Assembly (NCBI RefSeq): GCF_013167455.1
Contig: NZ_CP038328.1
Length of the DNA stretch: 64,000 nucleotides
Reading direction: 5' to 3' (one strand)
From: Escherichia coli O157:H7
GTDB lineage: Bacteria > Pseudomonadota > Gammaproteobacteria > Enterobacterales > Enterobacteriaceae
Shown: piece after piece, positions 34,186 to 45,646 of the stretch
Position numbering within the stretch: position 1 is the stretch's first letter
Layout: each line of letters opens with the position of its first letter
The notes under the pieces: generated by a model
Databases searched by the model: none
Seen by the model: the letters and a program-made list of their open reading frames with translations, nothing else
What the model was told of the DNA's origin: nothing
Program-made: the position numbers and the translations under genes

Positions 34186-35181
34186 ATGAACGATAACGTT
34201 TTGCTCATAGGAGCTTCCGGATTCGTAGGAACCCGACTACTTGAAACGGCAATTGCTGACTTTAATATCAAGAACCTGGACAAACAGCAGAGCCACTTTT
34301 ATCCAGAAATCACACAGATTGGTGATGTTCGTGATCAACAGGCACTCGACCAGGCGTTAGCCGGTTTTGACACTGTTGTACTACTGGCAGCGGAACACCG
34401 CGATGACGTCAGCCCTACTTCTCTCTATTATGATGTCAACGTTCAGGGTACCCGCAATGTGCTGGCGGCCATGGAAAAAAATGGCGTTAAAAATATCATC
34501 TTTACCAGTTCCGTTGCTGTTTATGGTTTGAACAAACACAACCCTGACGAAAACCATCCACACGACCCTTTCAACCACTACGGCAAAAGCAAGTGGCAGG
34601 CGGAGGAAGTGCTGCGTGAATGGTATAACAAAGCACCAACAGAACGTTCATTAACTATCATCCGTCCTACCGTTATCTTCGGTGAACGCAACCGCGGTAA
34701 CGTCTATAACTTGCTGAAACAGATCGCTGGCGGCAAGTTTATGATGGTGGGCGCAGGGACTAACTATAAGTCCATGGCTTATGTTGGAAACATTGTTGAG
34801 TTTATCAAGTACAAACTGAAGAATGTTGCCGCAGGTTACGAGGTTTATAACTACGTTGATAAGCCAGACCTGAACATGAACCAGTTGGTTGCTGAAGTTG
34901 AACAAAGCCTGAACAAAAAGATCCCTTCTATGCACTTGCCTTACCCACTAGGAATGCTGGGTGGATATTGCTTTGATATCCTGAGCAAAATTACGGGCAA
35001 AAAATACGCTGTCAGCTCTGTGCGCGTGAAAAAATTCTGCGCAACAACACAGTTTGACGCAACGAAAGTGCATTCTTCAGGTTTTGTGGCACCGTATACG
35101 CTGTCGCAAGGTCTGGATCGAACTCTGCAGTATGAATTCGTCCATGCCAAAAAAGACGACATAACGTTTGTTTCTGAGTAA
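34186..35181 (+). CDS. gne: NAD-dependent sugar 4-epimerase (short-chain dehydrogenase fold), Gne-like
   Basis: 331 aa; N-terminal Rossmann GASGFVG; catalytic YGKSK; sits between wcaM and galF where K-12 has no gene; lower GC than its neighbours. Confidence 0.75.
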   Translation: MNDNVLLIGASGFVGTRLLETAIADFNIKNLDKQQSHFYPEITQIGDVRDQQALDQALAGFDTVVLLAAEHRDDVSPTSLYYDVNVQGTRNVLAAMEKNGVKNIIFTSSVAVYGLNKHNPDENHPHDPFNHYGKSKWQAEEVLREWYNKAPTERSLTIIRPTVIFGERNRGNVYNLLKQIAGGKFMMVGAGTNYKSMAYVGNIVEFIKYKLKNVAAGYEVYNYVDKPDLNMNQLVAEVEQSLNKKIPSMHLPYPLGMLGGYCFDILSKITGKKYAVSSVRVKKFCATTQFDATKVHSSGFVAPYTLSQGLDRTLQYEFVHAKKDDITFVSE

Positions 35182-35423
35182 TGCAGACGAGTCAGAGAAA
35201 AAAGGACCAGGTTGGACTACGATTATTCGGAAAGAGGTACTGATTAAATTATCAGTATGTGGATTTCCGAGTAATCCGAGTAACCCAGATGCTGATGGTG
35301 TGTAGTGTTATCGTAAGGTTTAATCAAAGTTATGCGGAACTAAGCTTTGGTATATAGCCATAACGTTTGGCTAACCTATGGCAATAATTTACGCACTATC
35401 AGCCACTTAGAGGTAGGAAAAGA

Positions 35424-36317
35424 ATGACGAATTTAAAAGCAGTTATACCGGTAGCAGGTCTTGGGATGCATATGTTGCCTGCCACTAAGGCGATTCCCAA
35501 AGAGATGCTACCGATCGTCGACAAGCCAATGATTCAGTACATTGTTGACGAGATTGTGGCTGCAGGGATCAAAGAAATCCTCCTGGTAACTCACGCGTCC
35601 AAGAACGCAGTCGAAAACCACTTCGACACCTCTTATGAATTAGAATCTCTCCTTGAACAGCGCGTGAAGCGTCAACTACTGGCGGAAGTACAATCTATCT
35701 GTCCGCCGGGCGTGACCATTATGAACGTGCGTCAGGGTGAACCTTTAGGTTTAGGCCACTCCATTTTATGTGCGCGACCTGCCATTGGTGACAATCCATT
35801 TGTCGTGGTGCTGCCAGACGTTGTGATCGACGACGCCAGCGCCGACCCGCTACGCTACAACCTTGCTGCCATGATTGCGCGCTTCAATGAAACGGGACGC
35901 AGCCAGGTGCTGGCAAAACGTATGCCGGGCGACCTCTCTGAATACTCCGTCATCCAGACCAAAGAACCGCTGGATCGTGAAGGCAAAGTCAGCCGCATTG
36001 TTGAATTTATCGAAAAGCCGGATCAGCCGCAGACGCTGGACTCAGACATCATGGCCGTTGGTCGATATGTGCTTTCTGCCGATATTTGGCCGGAACTGGA
36101 ACGTACTCAGCCTGGTGCATGGGGACGTATTCAGCTGACTGATGCCATTGCTGAGCTGGCAAAAAAACAATCCGTTGATGCAATGCTGATGACTGGCGAC
36201 AGTTACGACTGCGGTAAAAAAATGGGCTATATGCAGGCGTTTGTGAAGTATGGACTACGCAACTTGAAAGAAGGGGCGAAGTTCCGCAAAGGTATCGAGA
36301 AGCTGTTAAGCGAATAA
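35424..36317 (+). CDS. galF: UTP-glucose-1-phosphate uridylyltransferase-like regulatory subunit GalF
   Basis: 297 aa [43 protein letters not shown]... Confidence 0.93.
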   Translation: MTNLKAVIPVAGLGMHMLPATKAIPKEMLPIVDKPMIQYIVDEIVAAGIKEILLVTHASKNAVENHFDTSYELESLLEQRVKRQLLAEVQSICPPGVTIMNVRQGEPLGLGHSILCARPAIGDNPFVVVLPDVVIDDASADPLRYNLAAMIARFNETGRSQVLAKRMPGDLSEYSVIQTKEPLDREGKVSRIVEFIEKPDQPQTLDSDIMAVGRYVLSADIWPELERTQPGAWGRIQLTDAIAELAKKQSVDAMLMTGDSYDCGKKMGYMQAFVKYGLRNLKEGAKFRKGIEKLLSE

Positions 36318-36543
36318 TGAAAATCTGACCGAATGTAACGGTTGATAAGGAAATAATATCGGCAGTGAAAAACTATAGATCAATAAATATCACTGCTGTT
36401 GAGCTTTTATAATTAACTATGCTACCAATGAATAAATCGTGTGCAGATATGTATTTTTTGTTTGGTAGTCTTGTTTCTCCCTCTGAATAATAAGATAATA
36501 AACGCTTGGAGATGATTTTTTTAACATGGATTATCATTTCGTA

Positions 36544-36577
36544 CACTGGTAGCGATTAAGCCAGGGGCGGTAGCGTG
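36544..36577 (+). promoter_or_regulatory. JUMPstart/ops element of the O-antigen operon
   Basis: CACTGGTAGCGATTAAGCCAGGGGCGGTAGCGTG; ops core GGCGGTAGCGTG at 36566-36577, about 60 bp upstream of the first O-antigen gene. Confidence 0.85.
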
Positions 36578-36635
36578 CATAAATTTTAATGCTTATCAAA
36601 ACTATTAGCATTAAAAATATATAAGAAATTCTCAA

Positions 36636-37418
36636 ATGAACAAAGAAACCGTTTCAATAATTATGCCCGTTTACAATGGGGCCAAAACTATAATCTCATC
36701 AGTAGAATCAATTATACATCAATCTTATCAAGATTTTGTTTTGTATATCATTGACGATTGTAGCACCGATGATACATTTTCATTAATCAACAGTCGATAC
36801 AAAAACAATCAGAAAATAAGAATATTGCGTAACAAGACAAATTTAGGTGTTGCAGAAAGTCGAAATTATGGAATAGAAATGGCCACGGGGAAATATATTT
36901 CTTTTTGTGATGCGGATGATTTGTGGCACGAGAAAAAATTAGAGCGTCAAATCGAAGTGTTAAATAATGAATGTGTAGATGTGGTATGTTCTAATTATTA
37001 TGTTATAGATAACAAAAGAAATATTGTTGGCGAAGTTAATGCTCCTCATGTGATAAATTATAGAAAAATGCTCATGAAAAACTACATAGGGAATTTGACA
37101 GGAATCTATAATGCCAACAAATTGGGTAAGTTTTATCAAAAAAAGATTGGTCACGAGGATTATTTGATGTGGCTGGAAATAATTAATAAAACAAATGGTG
37201 CTATTTGTATTCAAGATAATCTGGCGTATTACATGCGTTCAAATAATTCACTATCGGGTAATAAAATTAAAGCTGCAAAATGGACATGGAGTATATATAG
37301 AGAACATTTACATTTGTCCTTTCCAAAAACATTATATTATTTTTTATTATATGCTTCAAATGGAGTCATGAAAAAAATAACACATTCACTATTAAGGAGA
37401 AAGGAGACTAAAAAGTGA
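36636..37418 (+). CDS. wbdN: O-antigen glycosyltransferase (GT2)
   Basis: 260 aa; GT2 signature (VSIIMPVYNG, DDCSTD, DADD); AT-rich codon usage; first gene after galF in the O157-type order. Confidence 0.8.
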   Translation: MNKETVSIIMPVYNGAKTIISSVESIIHQSYQDFVLYIIDDCSTDDTFSLINSRYKNNQKIRILRNKTNLGVAESRNYGIEMATGKYISFCDADDLWHEKKLERQIEVLNNECVDVVCSNYYVIDNKRNIVGEVNAPHVINYRKMLMKNYIGNLTGIYNANKLGKFYQKKIGHEDYLMWLEIINKTNGAICIQDNLAYYMRSNNSLSGNKIKAAKWTWSIYREHLHLSFPKTLYYFLLYASNGVMKKITHSLLRRKETKK

Positions 37419-38599
37419 AGTCAGCGGCTAAGTTGATTTTTTTATTCCTATTTACACTTTATAGTCTCCAGTTGTATGGGGTTATCATAGATGATCGTAT
37501 AACAAATTTTGATACAAAGGTATTAACTAGTATTATAATTATATTTCAGATTTTTTTTGTTTTATTATTTTATCTAACGATTATAAATGAAAGAAAACAG
37601 CAGAAAAAATTTATCGTGAACTGGGAGCTAAAGTTAATACTCGTTTTCCTTTTTGTGACTATAGAAATTGCTGCTGTAGTTTTATTTCTTAAAGAAGGTA
37701 TTCCTATATTTGATGATGATCCAGGGGGGGCTAAACTTAGAATAGCTGAAGGTAATGGACTTTACATTAGATATATTAAGTATTTTGGTAATATAGTTGT
37801 GTTTGCATTAATTATTCTTTATGATGAGCATAAATTCAAACAGAGGACCATCATATTTGTATATTTTACAACGATTGCTTTATTTGGTTATCGTTCTGAA
37901 TTGGTGTTGCTCATTCTTCAATATATATTGATTACCAATATCCTGTCAAAGGATAACCGTAATCCTAAAATAAAAAGAATAATAGGGTATTTTTTATTGG
38001 TAGGGGTTGTATGCTCGTTGTTTTATCTAAGTTTAGGACAAGACGGAGAACAAAATGACTCATATAATAATATGTTAAGGATAATTAATAGGTTAACAAT
38101 AGAGCAAGTTGAAAGTGTTCCATATGTTGTTTCTGAATCTATTAAGAACGATTTCTTTCCGACACCAGAGTTAGAAAAGGAATTAAAAGCAATAATAAAT
38201 AGAATACAGGGAATAAAGCATCAAGACTTATTTTATGGAGAACGGTTACATAAACAAGTATTTGGAGACATGGGAGCAAATTTTTTATCAGTTACTACGT
38301 ATGGAGCAGAACTGTTAGTTTTTTTTGGTTTTCTCTGTGTATTCATTATCCCTTTAGGGATATATATACCTTTTTATCTTTTAAAGAGAATGAAAAAAAC
38401 CCATAGCTCGATAAATTGCGCATTCTATTCATATATCATTATGATTTTATTGCAATACTTAGTGGCTGGGAATGCATCGGCCTTCTTTTTTGGTCCTTTT
38501 CTCTCCGTATTGATAATGTGTACTCCTCTGATCTTATTGCATGATACGTTAAAGAGATTATCACGAAATGAAAATATCAGTTATAACTGTGACTTATAA
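37415..38599 (+). CDS. wzy: O-antigen polymerase Wzy
   Basis: 394 aa, very hydrophobic polytopic protein, AT-rich, GTG start overlapping wbdN. Confidence 0.75.
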   Translation: MKSAAKLIFLFLFTLYSLQLYGVIIDDRITNFDTKVLTSIIIIFQIFFVLLFYLTIINERKQQKKFIVNWELKLILVFLFVTIEIAAVVLFLKEGIPIFDDDPGGAKLRIAEGNGLYIRYIKYFGNIVVFALIILYDEHKFKQRTIIFVYFTTIALFGYRSELVLLILQYILITNILSKDNRNPKIKRIIGYFLLVGVVCSLFYLSLGQDGEQNDSYNNMLRIINRLTIEQVESVPYVVSESIKNDFFPTPELEKELKAIINRIQGIKHQDLFYGERLHKQVFGDMGANFLSVTTYGAELLVFFGFLCVFIIPLGIYIPFYLLKRMKKTHSSINCAFYSYIIMILLQYLVAGNASAFFFGPFLSVLIMCTPLILLHDTLKRLSRNENISYNCDL

Positions 38600-39314
38600 T
38601 AATGCTGAAGGGTTAGAAAAAACTTTAAGTAGTTTATCAATTTTAAAAATAAAACCTTTTGAGATTATTATAGTTGATGGCGGCTCTACAGATGGAACGA
38701 ATCGTGTCATTAGTAGATTTACTAGTATGAATATTACACATGTTTATGAAAAAGATGAAGGGATATATGATGCGATGAATAAGGGCCGAATGTTGGCCAA
38801 AGGCGACTTAATACATTATTTAAACGCCGGCGATAGCGTAATTGGAGATATATATAAAAATATCAAAGAGCCATGTTTGATTAAAGTTGGCCTTTTCGAA
38901 AATGATAAACTTCTGGGATTTTCTTCTATAACCCATTCAAATACAGGGTATTGTCATCAAGGGGTGATTTTCCCAAAGAATCATTCAGAATATGATCTAA
39001 GGTATAAAATATGTGCTGATTATAAGCTTATTCAAGAGGTGTTTCCTGAAGGGTTAAGATCTCTATCTTTGATTACTTCGGGTTATGTAAAATATGATAT
39101 GGGGGGAGTATCTTCAAAAAAAAGAATTTTAAGAGATAAAGAGCTTGCCAAAATTATGTTTGAAAAAAATAAAAAAAACCTTATTAAGTTTATTCCAATT
39201 TCAATAATCAAAATTTTATTCCCTGAACGTTTAAGAAGAGTATTGCGGAAAATGCAATATATTTGTCTAACTTTATTCTTCATGAAGAATAGTTCACCAT
39301 ATGATAATGAATAA
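38568..39314 (+). CDS. wbdO: O-antigen glycosyltransferase (GT2)
   Basis: 248 aa MKISVITVTYNNAEGLEKTL...IIVDGGSTDGT; GT2 motifs. Confidence 0.78.
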   Translation: MKISVITVTYNNAEGLEKTLSSLSILKIKPFEIIIVDGGSTDGTNRVISRFTSMNITHVYEKDEGIYDAMNKGRMLAKGDLIHYLNAGDSVIGDIYKNIKEPCLIKVGLFENDKLLGFSSITHSNTGYCHQGVIFPKNHSEYDLRYKICADYKLIQEVFPEGLRSLSLITSGYVKYDMGGVSSKKRILRDKELAKIMFEKNKKNLIKFIPISIIKILFPERLRRVLRKMQYICLTLFFMKNSSPYDNE

Positions 39315-40692
39315 AATCAAAAAAATACTTAAATTTTGCACTTTAAAAAAATATGATACATCAAGTGCTTTAGGTAGAGAACAGGAAAGGTACAGGATTA
39401 TATCCTTGTCTGTTATTTCAAGTTTGATTAGTAAAATACTCTCACTACTTTCTCTTATATTAACTGTAAGTTTAACTTTACCTTATTTAGGACAAGAGAG
39501 ATTTGGTGTATGGATGACTATTACCAGTCTTGGTGCTGCTCTGACATTTTTGGACTTAGGTATAGGAAATGCATTAACAAACAGGATCGCACATTCATTT
39601 GCGTGTGGCAAAAATTTAAAGATGAGTCGGCAAATTAGTGGTGGGCTCACTTTGCTGGCTGGATTATCGTTTGTCATAACTGCAATATGCTATATTACTT
39701 CTGGCATGATTGATTGGCAACTAGTAATAAAAGGTATAAACGAGAATGTGTATGCAGAGTTACAACACTCAATTAAAGTCTTTGTAATCATATTTGGACT
39801 TGGAATTTATTCAAATGGTGTGCAAAAAGTTTATATGGGAATACAAAAAGCCTATATAAGTAATATTGTTAATGCCATATTTATATTGTTATCTATTATT
39901 ACTCTAGTAATATCGTCGAAACTACATGCGGGACTACCAGTTTTAATTGTCAGCACTCTTGGTATTCAATACATATCGGGAATCTATTTAACAATTAATC
40001 TTATTATAAAGCGATTAATAAAGTTTACAAAAGTTAACATACATGCTAAAAGAGAAGCTCCATATTTGATATTAAACGGTTTTTTCTTTTTTATTTTACA
40101 GTTAGGCACTCTGGCAACATGGAGTGGTGATAACTTTATAATATCTATAACATTGGGTGTTACTTATGTTGCTGTTTTTAGCATTACACAGAGATTATTT
40201 CAAATATCTACGGTCCCTCTTACGATTTATAACATCCCGTTATGGGCTGCTTATGCAGATGCTCATGCACGCAATGATACTCAATTTATAAAAAAGACGC
40301 TCAGAACATCATTGAAAATAGTGGGTATTTCATCATTCTTATTGGCCTTCATATTAGTAGTGTTCGGTAGTGAAGTCGTTAATATTTGGACAGAAGGAAA
40401 GATTCAGGTACCTCGAACATTCATAATAGCTTATGCTTTATGGTCTGTTATTGATGCTTTTTCGAATACATTTGCAAGCTTTTTAAATGGTTTGAACATA
40501 GTTAAACAACAAATGCTTGCTGTTGTAACATTGATATTGATCGCAATTCCAGCAAAATACATCATAGTTAGCCATTTTGGGTTAACTGTTATGTTGTACT
40601 GCTTCATTTTTATATATATTGTAAATTACTTTATATGGTATAAATGTAGTTTTAAAAAACATATCGATAGACAGTTAAATATAAGAGGATGA
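39301..40692 (+). CDS. wzx: O-antigen flippase Wzx
   Basis: 463 aa polytopic membrane protein; position. Confidence 0.78.
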   Translation: MIMNKIKKILKFCTLKKYDTSSALGREQERYRIISLSVISSLISKILSLLSLILTVSLTLPYLGQERFGVWMTITSLGAALTFLDLGIGNALTNRIAHSFACGKNLKMSRQISGGLTLLAGLSFVITAICYITSGMIDWQLVIKGINENVYAELQHSIKVFVIIFGLGIYSNGVQKVYMGIQKAYISNIVNAIFILLSIITLVISSKLHAGLPVLIVSTLGIQYISGIYLTINLIIKRLIKFTKVNIHAKREAPYLILNGFFFFILQLGTLATWSGDNFIISITLGVTYVAVFSITQRLFQISTVPLTIYNIPLWAAYADAHARNDTQFIKKTLRTSLKIVGISSFLLAFILVVFGSEVVNIWTEGKIQVPRTFIIAYALWSVIDAFSNTFASFLNGLNIVKQQMLAVVTLILIAIPAKYIIVSHFGLTVMLYCFIFIYIVNYFIWYKCSFKKHIDRQLNIRG

Positions 40693-40694
40693 AA

Positions 40695-41789
40695 ATGAAA
40701 TATATACCAGTTTACCAACCGTCATTGACAGGAAAAGAAAAAGAATATGTAAATGAATGTCTGGACTCAACGTGGATTTCATCAAAAGGAAACTATATTC
40801 AGAAGTTTGAAAATAAATTTGCGGAACAAAACCATGTGCAATATGCAACTACTGTAAGTAATGGAACGGTTGCTCTTCATTTAGCTTTGTTAGCGTTAGG
40901 TATATCGGAAGGAGATGAAGTTATTGTTCCAACACTGACATATATAGCATCAGTTAATGCTATAAAATACACAGGAGCCACCCCCATTTTCGTTGATTCA
41001 GATAATGAAACTTGGCAAATGTCTGTTAGTGACATAGAACAAAAAATCACTAATAAAACTAAAGCTATTATGTGTGTCCATTTATACGGACATCCATGTG
41101 ATATGGAACAAATTGTAGAACTGGCCAAAAGTAGAAATTTGTTTGTAATTGAAGATTGCGCTGAAGCCTTTGGTTCTAAATATAAAGGTAAATATGTGGG
41201 AACATTTGGAGATATTTCTACTTTTAGCTTTTTTGGAAATAAAACTATTACTACAGGTGAAGGTGGAATGGTTGTCACGAATGACAAAACACTTTATGAC
41301 CGTTGTTTACATTTTAAAGGCCAAGGATTAGCTGTACATAGGCAATATTGGCATGACGTTATAGGCTACAATTATAGGATGACAAATATCTGCGCTGCTA
41401 TAGGATTAGCCCAGTTAGAACAAGCTGATGATTTTATATCACGAAAACGTGAAATTGCTGATATTTATAAAAAAAATATCAACAGTCTTGTACAAGTCCA
41501 CAAGGAAAGTAAAGATGTTTTTCACACTTATTGGATGGTCTCAATTCTAACTAGGACCGCAGAGGAAAGAGAGGAATTAAGGAATCACCTTGCAGATAAA
41601 CTCATCGAAACAAGGCCAGTTTTTTACCCTGTCCACACGATGCCAATGTACTCGGAAAAATATCAAAAGCACCCTATAGCTGAGGATCTTGGTTGGCGTG
41701 GAATTAATTTACCTAGTTTCCCCAGCCTATCGAATGAGCAAGTTATTTATATTTGTGAATCTATTAACGAATTTTATAGTGATAAATAG
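40695..41789 (+). CDS. per: GDP-perosamine synthase (PLP-dependent DegT/DnrJ/EryC1-family aminotransferase)
   Basis: MKYIPVYQPSLTGKEKEYVNECLDSTWISSKGNYIQKFEN...; aminotransferase fold; the classical O157 rfbE marker position. Confidence 0.88.
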   Translation: MKYIPVYQPSLTGKEKEYVNECLDSTWISSKGNYIQKFENKFAEQNHVQYATTVSNGTVALHLALLALGISEGDEVIVPTLTYIASVNAIKYTGATPIFVDSDNETWQMSVSDIEQKITNKTKAIMCVHLYGHPCDMEQIVELAKSRNLFVIEDCAEAFGSKYKGKYVGTFGDISTFSFFGNKTITTGEGGMVVTNDKTLYDRCLHFKGQGLAVHRQYWHDVIGYNYRMTNICAAIGLAQLEQADDFISRKREIADIYKKNINSLVQVHKESKDVFHTYWMVSILTRTAEEREELRNHLADKLIETRPVFYPVHTMPMYSEKYQKHPIAEDLGWRGINLPSFPSLSNEQVIYICESINEFYSDK

Positions 41790-41813
41790 CCTAAAATATT
41801 GTAAAGGTCATTC

Positions 41814-43028
41814 ATGAAAATTGCGTTGAATTCAGATGGATTTTACGAGTGGGGCGGTGGAATTGATTTTATTAAATATATTCTGTCAATATTAGAAACG
41901 AAACCAGAAATATGTATCGATATTCTTTTACCGAGAAATGATATACATTCTCTTATAAGAGAAAAAGCATTTCCTTTTAAAAGTATATTAAAAGCAATTT
42001 TAAAGAGGGAAAGGCCTCGATGGATTTCATTAAATAGATTTAATGAGCAATACTATAGAGATGCCTTTACACAAAATAATATAGAGACGAATCTTACCTT
42101 TATTAAAAGTAAGAGCTCTGCCTTTTATTCATATTTTGATAGTAGCGATTGTGATGTTATTCTTCCTTGCATGCGTGTTCCTTCGGGAAATTTGAATAAA
42201 AAAGCATGGATTGGTTATATTTATGACTTTCAACACTGTTACTATCCTTCATTTTTTAGTAAGCGAGAAATAGATCAAAGGAATGTGTTTTTTAAATTGA
42301 TGCTCAATTGCGCTAACAATATTATTGTTAATGCACATTCAGTTATTACCGATGCAAATAAATATGTTGGGAATTATTCTGCAAAACTACATTCTCTTCC
42401 ATTTAGTCCATGCCCTCAATTAAAATGGTTCGCTGATTACTCTGGTAATATTGCCAAATATAATATTGACAAGGATTATTTTATAATTTGCAATCAATTT
42501 TGGAAACATAAAGATCATGCAACTGCTTTTAGGGCATTTAAAATTTATACTGAATATAATCCTGATGTTTATTTAGTATGCACGGGAGCTACTCAAGATT
42601 ATCGATTCCCTGGATATTTTAATGAATTGATGGTTTTGGCAAAAAAGCTCGGAATTGAATCGAAAATTAAGATATTAGGGCATATACCTAAACTTGAACA
42701 AATTGAATTAATCAAAAATTGCATTGCTGTAATACAACCAACCTTATTTGAAGGCGGGCCTGGAGGGGGGGTAACATTTGACGCTATTGCATTAGGGAAA
42801 AAAGTTATACTATCTGACATAGATGTCAATAAAGAAGTTAATTGCGGTGATGTATATTTCTTTCAGGCAAAAAACCATTATTCATTAAATGACGCGATGG
42901 TAAAAGCTGATGAATCTAAAATTTTTTATGAACCTACAACTCTGATAGAATTGGGTCTCAAAAGACGCAATGCGTGTGCAGATTTTCTTTTAGATGTTGT
43001 GAAACAAGAAATTGAATCCCGATCTTAA
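41814..43028 (+). CDS. wbdP: O-antigen glycosyltransferase (GT4)
   Basis: 404 aa; GT4-like C-terminal domain; position. Confidence 0.75.
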   Translation: MKIALNSDGFYEWGGGIDFIKYILSILETKPEICIDILLPRNDIHSLIREKAFPFKSILKAILKRERPRWISLNRFNEQYYRDAFTQNNIETNLTFIKSKSSAFYSYFDSSDCDVILPCMRVPSGNLNKKAWIGYIYDFQHCYYPSFFSKREIDQRNVFFKLMLNCANNIIVNAHSVITDANKYVGNYSAKLHSLPFSPCPQLKWFADYSGNIAKYNIDKDYFIICNQFWKHKDHATAFRAFKIYTEYNPDVYLVCTGATQDYRFPGYFNELMVLAKKLGIESKIKILGHIPKLEQIELIKNCIAVIQPTLFEGGPGGGVTFDAIALGKKVILSDIDVNKEVNCGDVYFFQAKNHYSLNDAMVKADESKIFYEPTTLIELGLKRRNACADFLLDVVKQEIESRS

Positions 43029-43047
43029 TATATTCAAGAGGTATATA

Positions 43048-44166
43048 ATGACTAAAGTCGCTCTTATTACAGGTGTAACTGGACAAGATGGATCTTATCT
43101 AGCTGAGTTTTTGCTTGATAAAGGGTATGAAGTTCATGGTATCAAACGCCGAGCCTCATCTTTTAATACAGAACGCATAGACCATATTTATCAAGATCCA
43201 CATGGTTCTAACCCAAATTTTCACTTGCACTATGGAGATCTGACTGATTCATCTAACCTCACTAGAATTCTAAAGGAGGTACAGCCAGATGAAGTATATA
43301 ATTTAGCTGCTATGAGTCACGTAGCAGTTTCTTTTGAGTCTCCAGAATATACAGCCGATGTCGATGCAATTGGTACATTACGTTTACTGGAAGCAATTCG
43401 CTTTTTAGGATTGGAAAACAAAACGCGTTTCTATCAAGCTTCAACCTCAGAATTATATGGACTTGTTCAGGAAATCCCTCAAAAAGAATCCACCCCTTTT
43501 TATCCTCGTTCCCCTTATGCAGTTGCAAAACTTTACGCATATTGGATCACGGTAAATTATCGAGAGTCATATGGTATTTATGCATGTAATGGTATATTGT
43601 TCAATCATGAATCTCCACGCCGTGGAGAAACGTTTGTAACAAGGAAAATTACTCGAGGACTTGCAAATATTGCACAAGGCTTGGAATCATGTTTGTATTT
43701 AGGGAATATGGATTCGTTACGAGATTGGGGACATGCAAAAGATTATGTTAGAATGCAATGGTTGATGTTACAACAGGAGCAACCCGAAGATTTTGTGATT
43801 GCAACAGGAGTCCAATACTCAGTCCGTCAGTTTGTCGAAATGGCAGCAGCACAACTTGGTATTAAGATGAGCTTTGTTGGTAAAGGAATCGAAGAAAAAG
43901 GCATTGTAGATTCGGTTGAAGGACAGGATGCTCCAGGTGTGAAACCAGGTGATGTCATTGTTGCTGTTGATCCTCGTTATTTCCGACCAGCTGAAGTTGA
44001 TACTTTGCTTGGAGATCCGAGCAAAGCTAATCTCAAACTTGGTTGGAGACCAGAAATTACTCTTGCTGAAATGATTTCTGAAATGGTTGCCAAAGATCTT
44101 GAAGCCGCTAAAAAACATTCTCTTTTAAAATCGCATGGTTTTTCTGTAAGCTTAGCTCTGGAATGA
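43048..44166 (+). CDS. gmd: GDP-mannose 4,6-dehydratase (O-antigen copy)
   Basis: [50 protein letters not shown]...; protein highly similar to the colanic acid Gmd, but the DNA is AT-rich and diverged. Confidence 0.93.
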   Translation: MTKVALITGVTGQDGSYLAEFLLDKGYEVHGIKRRASSFNTERIDHIYQDPHGSNPNFHLHYGDLTDSSNLTRILKEVQPDEVYNLAAMSHVAVSFESPEYTADVDAIGTLRLLEAIRFLGLENKTRFYQASTSELYGLVQEIPQKESTPFYPRSPYAVAKLYAYWITVNYRESYGIYACNGILFNHESPRRGETFVTRKITRGLANIAQGLESCLYLGNMDSLRDWGHAKDYVRMQWLMLQQEQPEDFVIATGVQYSVRQFVEMAAAQLGIKMSFVGKGIEEKGIVDSVEGQDAPGVKPGDVIVAVDPRYFRPAEVDTLLGDPSKANLKLGWRPEITLAEMISEMVAKDLEAAKKHSLLKSHGFSVSLALE

Positions 44167-45134
44167 TGATGAATAAGCAACGTATTTTTATTGCTGGTCA
44201 CCAAGGAATGGTTGGATCAGCTATTACCCGACGCCTCAAACAACGTGATGATGTTGAGTTGGTTTTACGTACTCGGGATGAATTGAACTTGTTGGATAGT
44301 AGCGCTGTTTTGGATTTTTTTTCTTCACAGAAAATCGACCAGGTTTATTTGGCAGCAGCAAAAGTCGGAGGTATTTTAGCTAACAGTTCTTATCCTGCCG
44401 ATTTTATATATGAGAATATAATGATAGAGGCGAATGTCATTCATGCTGCCCACAAAAATAATGTAAATAAACTGCTTTTCCTCGGTTCGTCGTGTATTTA
44501 TCCTAAGTTAGCACACCAACCGATTATGGAAGACGAATTATTACAAGGGAAACTTGAGCCAACAAATGAACCTTATGCTATCGCAAAAATTGCAGGTATT
44601 AAATTATGTGAATCTTATAACCGTCAGTTTGGGCGTGATTACCGTTCAGTAATGCCAACCAATCTTTATGGTCCAAATGACAATTTTCATCCAAGTAATT
44701 CTCATGTGATTCCGGCGCTTTTGCGCCGCTTTCATGATGCTGTGGAAAACAATTCTCCGAATGTTGTTGTTTGGGGAAGTGGTACTCCAAAGCGTGAATT
44801 CTTACATGTAGATGATATGGCTTCTGCAAGCATTTATGTCATGGAGATGCCATACGATATATGGCAAAAAAATACTAAAGTAATGTTGTCTCATATCAAT
44901 ATTGGAACAGGTATTGACTGCACGATTTGTGAGCTTGCGGAAACAATAGCAAAAGTTGTAGGTTATAAAGGGCATATTACGTTCGATACAACAAAGCCCG
45001 ATGGAGCCCCTCGAAAACTACTTGATGTAACGCTTCTTCATCAACTAGGTTGGAATCATAAAATTACCCTTCACAAGGGTCTTGAAAATACATACAACTG
45101 GTTTCTTGAAAACCAACTTCAATATCGGGGGTAA
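44163..45134 (+). CDS. fcl: GDP-L-fucose synthase-like reductase (O-antigen copy)
   Basis: 323 aa [46 protein letters not shown]... Confidence 0.9.
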
Positions 45135-45136
45135 TA

Positions 45137-45646
45137 ATGTTTTTACATTCCCAAGACTTTGCCACAATTGTAAGGTCTACTCCTCTTATTTCTATAGATT
45201 TGATTGTGGAAAACGAGTTTGGCGAAATTTTGCTAGGAAAACGAATCAACCGCCCGGCACAGGGCTATTGGTTCGTTCCTGGTGGTAGGGTGTTGAAAGA
45301 TGAAAAATTGCAGACAGCCTTTGAACGATTGACAGAAATTGAACTAGGAATTCGTTTGCCTCTCTCTGTGGGTAAGTTTTATGGTATCTGGCAGCACTTC
45401 TACGAAGACAATAGTATGGGGGGAGACTTTTCAACGCATTATATAGTTATAGCATTCCTTCTTAAATTACAACCAAACATTTTGAAATTACCGAAGTCAC
45501 AACATAATGCTTATTGCTGGCTATCGCGAGCAAAGCTGATAAATGATGACGATGTGCATTATAATTGTCGCGCATATTTTAACAATAAAACAAATGATGC
45601 GATTGGCTTAGATAATAAGGATATAATATGTCTGATGCGCCAATAA
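45137..45646 (+). CDS. wbdQ: GDP-mannose mannosyl hydrolase (Nudix; O-antigen copy)
   Basis: 169 aa [50 protein letters not shown]... Confidence 0.88.
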
